A stretch of DNA of 40,667 nucleotides from the NCBI GenBank assembly GCA_964356215.1, contig CAYHGO010000001.1, forward strand, positions 1-40,667, given 5' to 3'. A program made the position numbers and the translations under genes. Below are positions 27,261 to 35,753 of the stretch, one piece after another. This DNA comes from an uncultured Candidatus Saccharibacteria bacterium. GTDB lineage: Bacteria; Patescibacteriota; Minisyncoccia; Phycocordibacterales; Phycocordibacteraceae. Positions within the stretch are counted from its first letter, which is position 1; every line of letters begins with the position of its first letter. A model generated the notes under the pieces. That model searched no databases, was not told the DNA's origin, and was given only the letters and a program-made list of their open reading frames with translations.

Positions 27261-28363
27261 ACTCCAATAAAAGCGCGGATGCGCTCTGCGCGGCGGCGCC
27301 AGGTGTGCTCAGCCGCAAATGCGTACCCGGCCCGTATCTTTGCTGGGGCCTCTTTACTCGTGTGCGCCTCGTGTATCGCCCGCGCGAGCGAGTCGGCATT
27401 GTCGGGCTCGTACCAAAAAACCATCTTGTCGAGAAGAGCGCTCCGCATGGATGGGGTCGCGGCGACGACCGTAGCGCGGCGTGCGCCTAAATATTCAAAT
27501 GTCTTCATCGGTGATGTGTGCCGATAAGAATCGGCGTTTCGGGCCGTACCAACAAGAAGCAACACATCAGCCGCCGCAAGCCAAAGTTCCCTTTCACTTA
27601 CGGGTTTCAGTCCATGAAAATGAAGCAACTTCCCGCTCTTGCCTGTCACCCGCTCGTATGCTTCGCGAGTACCCCCGACCAAATGAATGGAAAGGGGCGA
27701 GAGCGGGGCCGCGTCGGCCAAGATTTCTAACCCTTTCCACGCATACAAGAGACCGACATAGAGCGCGAAAGGTCCGGCAGGAAGTCCGAGATGCCGTCGA
27801 GCCTCCGCTTGCGAAACGAGGTTTCGCAGAGCTGACTCGTCAACACCGTTCGGCTCTATCAGAAGCCGCTTGGAAGGGATGTTGAATGTGCGCGACAATT
27901 CTTCTGCAATGGGAACATTGGTCGCGATGGTATGTGAGCGTCTAAAGAATCGGCGCCGCAAGCTATTCGGTCTTTTGACCCCGTGCATTTCGGCAAACAG
28001 CGGACGCGGTATCCACATAAGAGGCACGAAGGAAAAGGGATCGATGTCCACGGTATACATGACAAACTGTTCTCCGGAAAGCACTTTCGCCCATACATAG
28101 ATGAGGGCGCCCAGCATGAATTGCAGGGCCGTCAGTCGATATCCGATTGGACCGAGAAAGTACATATCCATTACCGCGAGCCGGCGTAGCGGAATCTCTC
28201 GCGCAAGAGTATATGCCTGCTTCAAGCTACCCGATCCGCGGCTCGGGATCACGAGTTCGAGATCCACTCCTTGCTCGATGAACGCCTCGCACATCTTGGC
28301 TATCTGGATGCTGTGCGCCTTCTCGCTCGGCATACGGACATTCGCAATGTAGTACATCTTCAT
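27257..28363 (-). CDS. Family 4 glycosyltransferase, 368 aa
   Basis: Start set at the ATG at 28363 (MKMYYIANVRMPSEKAHSIQI...), 8 nt downstream of a GGGAGGAG Shine-Dalgarno site. C-terminal SPMKTFEYLGARRATVVAA block. Confidence 0.75.
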   Translation of the reverse strand: MKMYYIANVRMPSEKAHSIQIAKMCEAFIEQGVDLELVIPSRGSGSLKQAYTLAREIPLRRLAVMDMYFLGPIGYRLTALQFMLGALIYVWAKVLSGEQFVMYTVDIDPFSFVPLMWIPRPLFAEMHGVKRPNSLRRRFFRRSHTIATNVPIAEELSRTFNIPSKRLLIEPNGVDESALRNLVSQAEARRHLGLPAGPFALYVGLLYAWKGLEILADAAPLSPLSIHLVGGTREAYERVTGKSGKLLHFHGLKPVSERELWLAAADVLLLVGTARNADSYRHTSPMKTFEYLGARRATVVAATPSMRSALLDKMVFWYEPDNADSLARAIHEAHTSKEAPAKIRAGYAFAAEHTWRRRAERIRAFIGV

Positions 28364-28371
28364 ACGTTGTT

Positions 28372-28379
28372 CTCCTCCC
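28372..28379 (-). promoter_or_regulatory. Shine-Dalgarno site (GGGAGGAG) for the GT4 gene
   Basis: Reverse complement of 28372..28379 is GGGAGGAG, with an 8-nt spacer to the ATG at 28363. Confidence 0.6.
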
Positions 28380-28464
28380 TTATAACGGGATATTGCTTCC
28401 TGAAGATGCACAACACAGACGCTTGTGTATCCAGAAGATATTCAAAGAAGTTACTGCCAATATT

Positions 28465-29847
28465 TTATGCATGGAGGCGCCTCACTTTCTGTAATAACCG
28501 AGGGGCTATCGCCGCAATCTCATAAAATGCAAAAGCAACGATGAAGACGTTTACCGGTAATCGATATCGTGATGATAGACCGAAACCCGCGAGAAGCGAA
28601 GTAGCCGCAAAATATAAAATAATAAGGAATGCCGCAGTCGCGTGCAATGACATGCCGCGAGATTTGCGGTAACGCCATACGCCGAGCAGAAATAATAGGG
28701 TCAGAGACACCCAAACCGCTCTGGCTAGCAAAATACTAAAGACTACGGGACTATTCAGATTCCGCAGGATGTACACACCTACTGCAGCGGGATCTGAAAA
28801 CAGTGCGACCAGCGACGGTTTCCCTATCATCTCTTCGGGACGTATTTGTATATGTCTCAGAAAATTAAAAGTACCGTCAAGTACAAAAAAACTCCACCCA
28901 TCGTTGAGAATCGAAAGCGTAAATCCTTTGGGATGAGCGAGTAACAAAGGTACGGCGATTTTCATGTACTTGCGTCCTTCTGTTATGTCAGCTTCGTTCG
29001 GCCCATGCACACCGGCTGCCGTAAGTGCGTTATACTCTTCTTGAAAGGTAGTCCCTCGTTCAATGGAATAGACGGTCGGAAGTACCTGGGTGTACAAATT
29101 GACACCAGCTTGCGGACTGATGCCTGCAACACCAAAAACGATATAGTTGCGATACACCCATGGTGCAATAGTCAAAAGAAATACCGCAGCATACATTCCC
29201 ACGTCGGTAAGAATTTTGCGCGAGAAGTTTCCCCGATGGTTCCACAAAAGCATCGCCCCGATAATGATCGGTAAATACTCGGTCGTAGGCCGCGTGAGCG
29301 TCGCAAGACCAAGTAAGAATCCGGAAAATACCAAATACCCTGACCGTCCATTTCTTAGATAGGCAAAGAGAGCCTCCGTCGCGACAAATAGCCAGAATAT
29401 AAAGAATATCTCACTGTAAAGAAACACTGAATACAGTACAAATGACGGCTCGAGTGCAAGAAAAACACCAAGTGCGATAAGTACGCGCCGGTTCTCTATG
29501 AAATATCCCGCAAGGCGCATACCGAGTACCGGTAATAGACTCGCCAATACTATCTGGAGGAAAATGACGCCCCAGTAGTTCCCAAAGAATGCATAGGTCC
29601 CCGCAATAAAGAAATGGAACAGAGGAGGCCGGAATGAGTATGGGGTATAGGGAGGTCCTGCATCGCTCGATAATCCGTGCCCGTCTATCAGATTTTGGCT
29701 TACGGTGAAATATCCGTCTGCGGCCGCAACCGTATTAATGACATTACCGTTATTTACTTCAAGACTTAGACCAAAATAAAAAAGTCGCGCCAAAAGAGCA
29801 AGAATAAAGATGCCGATTTCTACTTTGTGCAAATGTAAAAAATGCAT
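28465..29847 (-). CDS. Polytopic membrane glycosyltransferase, GT-C fold (ArnT/PMT_2, GT39/GT83-like), 460 aa
   Basis: Many hydrophobic helices. The first-loop region ...AAADGYFTVSQNLIDGHGLS...PPLFHF resembles the ArnT/PMT acidic loop. Confidence 0.6.
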   Translation of the reverse strand: MHFLHLHKVEIGIFILALLARLFYFGLSLEVNNGNVINTVAAADGYFTVSQNLIDGHGLSSDAGPPYTPYSFRPPLFHFFIAGTYAFFGNYWGVIFLQIVLASLLPVLGMRLAGYFIENRRVLIALGVFLALEPSFVLYSVFLYSEIFFIFWLFVATEALFAYLRNGRSGYLVFSGFLLGLATLTRPTTEYLPIIIGAMLLWNHRGNFSRKILTDVGMYAAVFLLTIAPWVYRNYIVFGVAGISPQAGVNLYTQVLPTVYSIERGTTFQEEYNALTAAGVHGPNEADITEGRKYMKIAVPLLLAHPKGFTLSILNDGWSFFVLDGTFNFLRHIQIRPEEMIGKPSLVALFSDPAAVGVYILRNLNSPVVFSILLARAVWVSLTLLFLLGVWRYRKSRGMSLHATAAFLIILYFAATSLLAGFGLSSRYRLPVNVFIVAFAFYEIAAIAPRLLQKVRRLHA

Positions 29848-29885
29848 GAGTTCATGCTACAGCATGCATGTATTAAAAACAAATC

Positions 29886-31661
29886 TCAGAGATGCCAGAT
29901 CTCATATCTATCATCACTGTATACTAATTTTGCCCCAAAAACTTCTGGGTAATATTGCGGATTCAACACTTTGTCTTTCAGTATATACGAAACGTGATAT
30001 TTTTTGAGATATGCTTTGATATTTGGCTTGATGTCGTTTTGGAACTTATTCTCAAGATCTACAAAAAATTTATCACCGAGCAGACTTTGCGACGTCGGTA
30101 TCGTACCACAATCTTTGTTCGTGTTCCAAAAGAACAGTATTCGGCATATCTTTATTTCGCGCTCGATGGTTTTTGCTTTGTGGAAGGTGTCCTGTCGACC
30201 AAGATAGGACCCCAAGGTATTTTTGAAGTCCGCGATCGTCGGATTGTTGAAATATTGTGAAACGAGGTATCGTTCGCGAATCTCTCCCTCAGGCATCAAC
30301 TCCATCATGCCAGCCCATACATAGAGAGTAAAATGTTTGGTAAATACAGGCAGATTGGTCGTGAGTGTATCGTTTGGCTCACTCCATGCGATGACTGGAT
30401 TCTTTTCTTCGCTCTCTAGCCAAGCAAGTGGTTTCGCAGAGAGCTCGTCAGTTTCCCAGGCGATGCGATCTATGTTTTGAGGAAGAAGTTGAATAAACAA
30501 ATGGGTAGAGAACCAATACACATTCGCCACCAACAAAATAGCAACCATACTGACTGAAAAAACTCGTAAGCGTCCCGATATCTGTGTATACCGCTTCCAT
30601 AAAAATAATCCGATACTGATCGTGGCAACAACGAGCCAATTAAATATGAACAGCCGAAGATGTTCGCCGGTCTCCAATAACTTACCGGTGATTAAATTGC
30701 TTCCCTGCATAATCCAGAGACCGAGGCCACCAATTGCGAGAAACGAACCGAGTAGAATAAATTCCTTATTCTCACGGAATGTTCGGTTACGCAAGTAAAG
30801 TACTGCTAGAAAGACAATGACAACACCGACCCATCCTCCTGAATAAACAACTTCGGCCATAGGTAAGTGCGTGTTGACAAGTCCAAGACGACCGACACTT
30901 TCCCAGAAATATGGCGACACATAAGAGAGCCAGAGCGCATAGAGTGGCACCGGGAGCCCGATGACACCACCGATGAGCGAAGAAAAAAGTGTCGCTTTTA
31001 GGAGCTGCCGATTCTTTCGAACAAGAGCGTATAGGAAGAGAAGACCGAGCGTTATGACAATGGCTTGCCACAAATAGGCAAATATATAGAATGACGCACC
31101 AGTGACGAGAGCGAGGAGTATCGCATTCTTGCGACTCTGTTCACGAATGAAACGCAGGAATGCAACATAGAACAAAAAATAAAAGGGGAATACCGTCTGA
31201 AGATTAACTACCCGCACCACATGATCGTATGATTGTAGGTACAAAAAAATGGTACCAAATACAGCTATCCAAGGAGGAGTCAGTAGTTCACGAAATAACC
31301 AATATGCGGAGGCTGCAAACAGTACACTCCATAGAACGAAATTGACTAACAGTGAGGTGTTGAGTGATAGACCCGCCAGTTGAGGAATGGCGCTCAACCA
31401 TATCCCACCAAAAATAACTAGTGGAGGATCGTCACGGTGTTCAAAGAAATACGGTTGACCTCCGGCCGGATATCCTTTTATGATTGTTTGCACGCGTGCT
31501 TGATAATAACTCTCACTGGTGAATCCAGGTGGGATACCTTGCCACAAGGTGCCGAGAACGAGAAAAATATCAAGGACGGGAATCGTGGTGAGTGCTAGTA
31601 TGATTCCCATAAGTACCATCACCGGACGATGTTGCCGGAAAAATTCTTTTATTCTGGTCAT
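29886..31661 (-). CDS. Polytopic membrane protein with C-terminal soluble domain, 591 aa; GT-C-like or polymerase-like, function unknown
   Basis: About 12 or more hydrophobic segments over ~400 aa, followed by a ~190-aa hydrophilic tail. No motif I can name with confidence. Confidence 0.4.
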   Translation of the reverse strand: MTRIKEFFRQHRPVMVLMGIILALTTIPVLDIFLVLGTLWQGIPPGFTSESYYQARVQTIIKGYPAGGQPYFFEHRDDPPLVIFGGIWLSAIPQLAGLSLNTSLLVNFVLWSVLFAASAYWLFRELLTPPWIAVFGTIFLYLQSYDHVVRVVNLQTVFPFYFLFYVAFLRFIREQSRKNAILLALVTGASFYIFAYLWQAIVITLGLLFLYALVRKNRQLLKATLFSSLIGGVIGLPVPLYALWLSYVSPYFWESVGRLGLVNTHLPMAEVVYSGGWVGVVIVFLAVLYLRNRTFRENKEFILLGSFLAIGGLGLWIMQGSNLITGKLLETGEHLRLFIFNWLVVATISIGLFLWKRYTQISGRLRVFSVSMVAILLVANVYWFSTHLFIQLLPQNIDRIAWETDELSAKPLAWLESEEKNPVIAWSEPNDTLTTNLPVFTKHFTLYVWAGMMELMPEGEIRERYLVSQYFNNPTIADFKNTLGSYLGRQDTFHKAKTIEREIKICRILFFWNTNKDCGTIPTSQSLLGDKFFVDLENKFQNDIKPNIKAYLKKYHVSYILKDKVLNPQYYPEVFGAKLVYSDDRYEIWHL

Positions 31662-31692
31662 AGATGCAACCGTAGTATACCTCGCTGAAATA

Positions 31693-31717
31693 TGGTTCTA
31701 CCAACCATACCAGAACC
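31693..31717. promoter_or_regulatory. Nested inverted repeats in a divergent intergenic region (possible operator)
   Basis: GGTTCT (31694..31699) / AGAACC (31712..31717), and TGGTT (31693..31697) / AACCA (31703..31707), within the 81-bp gap between divergent operons. Confidence 0.2.
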
Positions 31718-31742
31718 TCGTAGCTCATGTTACTTTGTAGCC

Positions 31743-32495
31743 ATGTACAGAGGTAAAATGGTCAGTATAGTCATTCCGACGTATAATGAAGAGGGGAGTA
31801 TTCGTGCTGTCATTAATGGGTTTTTTGATACTGGCGTGGTTGACGAAGTGGTGGTGGTGGACAACAATGCGCTCGGGAACACGAGACGGGAGATCGCAAA
31901 AACGAAAGCGCGGCTCGTGGAGGAAAAGGAACGTCAGGGCTACGGCGCGGCGATGATGCGCGGATTGCGTGAAGTGACCGGCGATCTCGTCATCACGTGC
32001 GAAGGCGACGGCACGTTCCTGCCGACCGATATCCATAAGTTCCTCTCGTACACCGATGAATTTGAGGCGGTGTTCGGTACGCGGACATCCCGGGCCTCCA
32101 TCTGGTCGGGAGCCTTTATGCCCTTCCCCGTCCGCTTCGGCAACTGGGCGGTCGCCAAATTCCTTGAGGTTCTCTACAATGCGCCGACGCTCACCGATGT
32201 CAGCTGTTCCTACAAGCTCTTCTCCCGCGAGGTACTGAAAAGCATTTTTGGTCTCTTCCCGCTCTCGCCCGGCAAAGATTCGTTCTCCGCAGAAATAATG
32301 ATATGGGTCATCCGTCGCGGATGGCGCCCGATTGAGATACCGGTGGTTTACAAACAGCGCGTTGGCGTCTCCATGTATACGGGCGACAGCATTCTGAAAG
32401 CTGCCCACATCGGATTCAAGATGCTGTATCACATCGTGCGCTATCGCTTCATCCGCCTTACGGCGCGAAATGACCGCAATGAAAAGTCTGCATGA
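31743..32495 (+). CDS. Family 2 glycosyltransferase, polyprenyl-phosphate sugar synthase type (DPM1/ArnC/GtrB-like), about 250 aa
   Basis: MVSIVIPTYNEEGSI, VVVDNN..., GYGAA...G and CEGDGTF (DxD region). Start taken at the ATG at 31743; the ATG at 31758 is an alternative. Confidence 0.75.
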   Translation: MYRGKMVSIVIPTYNEEGSIRAVINGFFDTGVVDEVVVVDNNALGNTRREIAKTKARLVEEKERQGYGAAMMRGLREVTGDLVITCEGDGTFLPTDIHKFLSYTDEFEAVFGTRTSRASIWSGAFMPFPVRFGNWAVAKFLEVLYNAPTLTDVSCSYKLFSREVLKSIFGLFPLSPGKDSFSAEIMIWVIRRGWRPIEIPVVYKQRVGVSMYTGDSILKAAHIGFKMLYHIVRYRFIRLTARNDRNEKSA

Positions 32496-34560
32496 GCATC
32501 TCGCCTCTCTTGAGCACACCGATCCGAAGCGGACGGCTATTTCCGTCCACGATGACACCGGCGACATCACCGAAGAAATCTCACGCGCGCAACTGCGTGC
32601 GCGGGTAGAAGCGACCGCTGCGCATTTGCATCGCAAAGGGCTTCGTGCCGGAGACCGCGTTGCGCTTGCGCTCGGCAACAGTGCCGACCTTCTGATACTC
32701 AGCTGGGCGGCGTGGAGTGTGGGGATCGCGACCGTGCCGCTTGACATGAAACGGGACACGGAGGAATTGCGTGCGTACAAAATAAGAACAAGTGGCGCCG
32801 CGCACGTGGCATCCGCGGAAACATTCCCAACACGGGAAGCGGCATCCGCTGACGTGCTATGGATGCCCGACCTTTCTCATGATGCGCTCATCCTTTTCAC
32901 TTCCGGAACGACCGCGTATCCGAAAGGCGCTCGGCTGACGCTCGGAAATCTGGTCGTCAACGCGGAAGGCATCATCGCATGGCTAGGCATAACGCAAGAC
33001 GATTGTTTTCTGGTGGAACTCCCGCTTCATCACATCAACTCCACGACGTTCTGCCTCGCCTCCCTCGTCGCGGGAGCGCGCATTGCGCTGCCGCCACGCT
33101 ATTCCAATTCGCATTTCTGGAAACACGCCGCAGGGAGCGGTGCGACGCTTACTTCGGTCGTCCCCTCCATCATTTTCGACCAGCTCCGCCGTACTGAAGA
33201 ATTTGATGCGGTACGGGACCGTCTCGCCCTGAATCGCATCCAGCTCGGCTCCGCGCCCGTCGTCGTTTCGGACGCGCTTGCGTTCATACGGAAATTCTCC
33301 ATCCCGCTCCATCAGGGCTACGGGCAGACCGAGACCGCACTACGCGTCACCGGCGTGCCTATGGACCTGACTCCCGATCTCTATCAAAAACTCGTTGCCG
33401 AGAATTCCATCGGAACGCCGATGCCGTGGGCCGAGGTGGAAATAACAGATGTTGAAGGCCATATCCTCGGCGAAGGAGAGCAGGGAGAGCTTGTAGTTAA
33501 TGGGCCTGCAGTCATGCAAGGATATATCGGCGATGAGCCCGCCTTTCGCAACGGCTACTTCTTGACCGGCGATATCGGCTATTGGAAGGAGATTGACGAC
33601 CGGCGTTTTTTCTTCCTCATTGGCCGCGCGAAAGAAATCATCATCAAGGGAGGAGTCAACATTTCTCCGGTCGCCGTTGAAAATGCGCTCAAGAAGATCA
33701 GCGCCGATATCGAGCAGGCCTATGTGATAGGCGTCGCTGACGAGCGCTACGGCGAGGATATCGGCGCCGTCGTCGTGTGGAAAGATGCGGCTAATCCTCC
33801 CGCCGCTCTGCGGCGTCTCAAGCTCGCGCTACTTCTCGGACACAAAGCGCTCCGCACATACGAAACGCCGAAATATCTGATCTCGGTTCATGCGGAAGAG
33901 CTACCAATGACTTCCACCGGCAAAGTACAGCGCATCACGATCAAGAAGAATTTCGGAAATACTCTGGAGCCGGTGGATGAGCTGATGCAGAGCGAAGAGT
34001 TTCGTTTCGTCGTCATATCTCCGCAATCCCCGCTTACCGAAGCGTCGCGCGCTCTTTATAATCACTGCTGGCAACCAATTATAAAAAGCGGGCGCGAATA
34101 CAAAAAATATCTCAATGAATATGTGACGCTGGGCGCGGTCAAAGGCGACGGGACGCTTGCGGGACAGATATCTTTTTCATATGCGGACAAGAAGATAACG
34201 TGCGTTTCCATCTGCAGTGCGGCATTCGCGCCGAAACCAGTACCCGCCGTGCAGGAAACGCCGGATGCTGAATTCGTACGGAATTATCTTCTTGCGGGAA
34301 ATGACTCCGTGATGAACTTCCATCGCGCGCTCGGCGCAGAACTCGTTGAGGTCATTCCGCAGGGTCGTCCCGAAGATAAAAGTTCGCTCGGCTATACGAT
34401 GCTGCTGCGCTACCCTCTCGCAGAAACGATTGCGCTTGCCGGACCGGCCTCCCATCAGCTCATTCAAGCGGTGCGTATCATCGCCAGCGACTGCGGCATC
34501 GCTATGTACGCGTTTTCGCGCCCAGGAGGACTTGCGGCATATCTGGCGCGCGCATCGTGA
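32470..34560 (+). CDS. Adenylate-forming enzyme (ANL superfamily, acyl-CoA synthetase-like) fused to a ~190-aa C-terminal GNAT-like domain, 696 aa
   Basis: AMP-binding motifs LILFTSGTTAYPKGA, YGQTE, TGDIGYW, GRAKEIIIKGGVNISP and PMTSTGKVQR occupy roughly residues 1-500. The tail (EEFRFVVISPQ...VMNFHRALGAELVEVI) has GNAT-like topology but no clear Q/RxxGxG/A motif. Confidence 0.7.
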   Translation: MTAMKSLHEHLASLEHTDPKRTAISVHDDTGDITEEISRAQLRARVEATAAHLHRKGLRAGDRVALALGNSADLLILSWAAWSVGIATVPLDMKRDTEELRAYKIRTSGAAHVASAETFPTREAASADVLWMPDLSHDALILFTSGTTAYPKGARLTLGNLVVNAEGIIAWLGITQDDCFLVELPLHHINSTTFCLASLVAGARIALPPRYSNSHFWKHAAGSGATLTSVVPSIIFDQLRRTEEFDAVRDRLALNRIQLGSAPVVVSDALAFIRKFSIPLHQGYGQTETALRVTGVPMDLTPDLYQKLVAENSIGTPMPWAEVEITDVEGHILGEGEQGELVVNGPAVMQGYIGDEPAFRNGYFLTGDIGYWKEIDDRRFFFLIGRAKEIIIKGGVNISPVAVENALKKISADIEQAYVIGVADERYGEDIGAVVVWKDAANPPAALRRLKLALLLGHKALRTYETPKYLISVHAEELPMTSTGKVQRITIKKNFGNTLEPVDELMQSEEFRFVVISPQSPLTEASRALYNHCWQPIIKSGREYKKYLNEYVTLGAVKGDGTLAGQISFSYADKKITCVSICSAAFAPKPVPAVQETPDAEFVRNYLLAGNDSVMNFHRALGAELVEVIPQGRPEDKSSLGYTMLLRYPLAETIALAGPASHQLIQAVRIIASDCGIAMYAFSRPGGLAAYLARAS

Positions 34561-34576
34561 TATAGTGCATTCCACT

Positions 34577-35170
34577 ATGGCCGACGCTTCACCATCTTTC
34601 TCCTTTTGGGACACTGTAAGCCAGGACGCCGCCAGGGTCGGATTCACGGTTGACCCGCGGGTTCCGCTCCTTTCTCGTCTGCTGCAAACGCACAAAGCAA
34701 TGCGACATAAGCCGGGCTTCGCGTGCGTTTTTTGGCTGCGGGTCAATCAGTTGTTCGTCCGCAATAAAAGCTGGCCCGGACAGTACCGGCTCCGGATGTG
34801 GCGCATGTACCGATTCGCCAACGATATTTCGCCGTATGCAGACATCGGCCCAGGACTCTTTCTGCCGCATCCGGTTGACATAACAATAGGCGGGGGCGTC
34901 CGCATAGGGGGAGGGGCGACTATTTACAATGGCGTTACCATCGTGGGGATCAGCATTCAAGGCCTTCCATGGCTCGGTGACAACGTTACCATCTATACGG
35001 GAGCGAAAGTGATAAAAGGGGTACGGATCGGCGATAATGCCGTTATTGGAGCTTTGACGCTCTGCAGTAAAGACGTTCCAGCGGACCATGTCATGTACGG
35101 CATTCCGCCGAATGTCACGATAAAACCTTATGATAAATTGCAGGCGGAAAACGGATCCGTAGCGGAATGA
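34577..35170 (+). CDS. Hexapeptide-repeat (LbH) O-acetyltransferase, serine acetyltransferase/WcaB-like, about 197 aa
   Basis: Track ORF trimmed to the ATG at 34577 (MADASP...). DISPYADIGPGLFLPHPVDITIGGGVRIGGGATIYNGVTIVG...GDNVTIYTGAKV...IGDNAVIGA is a CysE-like left-handed beta-helix. Confidence 0.8.
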   Translation: MADASPSFSFWDTVSQDAARVGFTVDPRVPLLSRLLQTHKAMRHKPGFACVFWLRVNQLFVRNKSWPGQYRLRMWRMYRFANDISPYADIGPGLFLPHPVDITIGGGVRIGGGATIYNGVTIVGISIQGLPWLGDNVTIYTGAKVIKGVRIGDNAVIGALTLCSKDVPADHVMYGIPPNVTIKPYDKLQAENGSVAE

Positions 35171-35232
35171 GAAAGTCGGGGAATAGCGTTCGATGATTGC
35201 TGGCGGTCGGGAGAAATGCTATATATTCCTTA

Positions 35233-35595
35233 ATGAATACGACATGGGTCCGAGACACCGGATTGGTATTCGCGCTCATATCGCTTTTCTTCGCGTTTCG
35301 GGGCTCGCGCATCGGCCTTATCGCCGCGGTCGTCCTCATCGTGGTGACGATGTTGTTCCCATCCCTCCTGCGGCCGTTCGCGTGGCTGTGGTTCGTCACC
35401 GCAAAAGCGCTCGGTAGCGTGATGCAACGCGTCTGTTTCGGCCTGATCTTCTTCCTCATCGTCACGCCGGTCGGATTCCTGCGCCGTGTGCTCAAAGGCG
35501 ACGCGCGCGACCTTTCGCGGAACGCTGCTCGCGCCACCTCATTTGTCCCATTGAAAGGCCTCATGACTCCGGAGGATATGGTTCATCCCTATTAG
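35233..35595 (+). CDS. SxtJ-family small membrane protein, about 120 aa
   Basis: GLVFALISLFF...LLRPFAWLWF...LGSVMQRVCFGLIFFLIVTPVGFLRRVLKGD matches the SxtJ pattern (LLRP...W...FFLVVTPxGLLxRLLGKD). The track start at 35197 is a TTG; I prefer the ATG at 35233. Confidence 0.7.
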   Translation: MNTTWVRDTGLVFALISLFFAFRGSRIGLIAAVVLIVVTMLFPSLLRPFAWLWFVTAKALGSVMQRVCFGLIFFLIVTPVGFLRRVLKGDARDLSRNAARATSFVPLKGLMTPEDMVHPY

Positions 35596-35601
35596 CGCGG
35601 T

Positions 35602-35751
35602 ATGGACTTTCTCAAAGATATCGTTGGTTTTCTGGGCGCGCGGAAGAAGTTCTGGCTCATACCCGTCATCGTCACGTTGCTTGCTATCGGCGTCCTGCTC
35701 TCGATTGCCAGCACCAGCGCGCTCGCGCCATTCGTCTACACGCTGTTTTAA
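35602..35751 (+). CDS. DUF5989 / SxtK-like small membrane protein, 49 aa (not in the supplied ORF track)
   Basis: Manual translation of 35602..35751 gives MDFLKDIVGFLGARKKFWLIPVIVTLLAIGVLLSIASTSALAPFVYTLF*. This fits the DUF5989 consensus (M.FLK..W.FL..RKKFWL.P......L.G.L.......A.APFIYTLF). Its stop lies 2 nt before the carbamoyltransferase ATG. Confidence 0.8.
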   Translation: MDFLKDIVGFLGARKKFWLIPVIVTLLAIGVLLSIASTSALAPFVYTLF

Positions 35752-35753
35752 CT

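Noticed and set aside
31725-32780. 351-aa minus-strand ORF
   Set aside because: It is antisense to the GT2 (31743..32495) and to the start of the ANL gene, both of which have clear family motifs. The translation has no motifs and an Arg/Ser/Ala bias.
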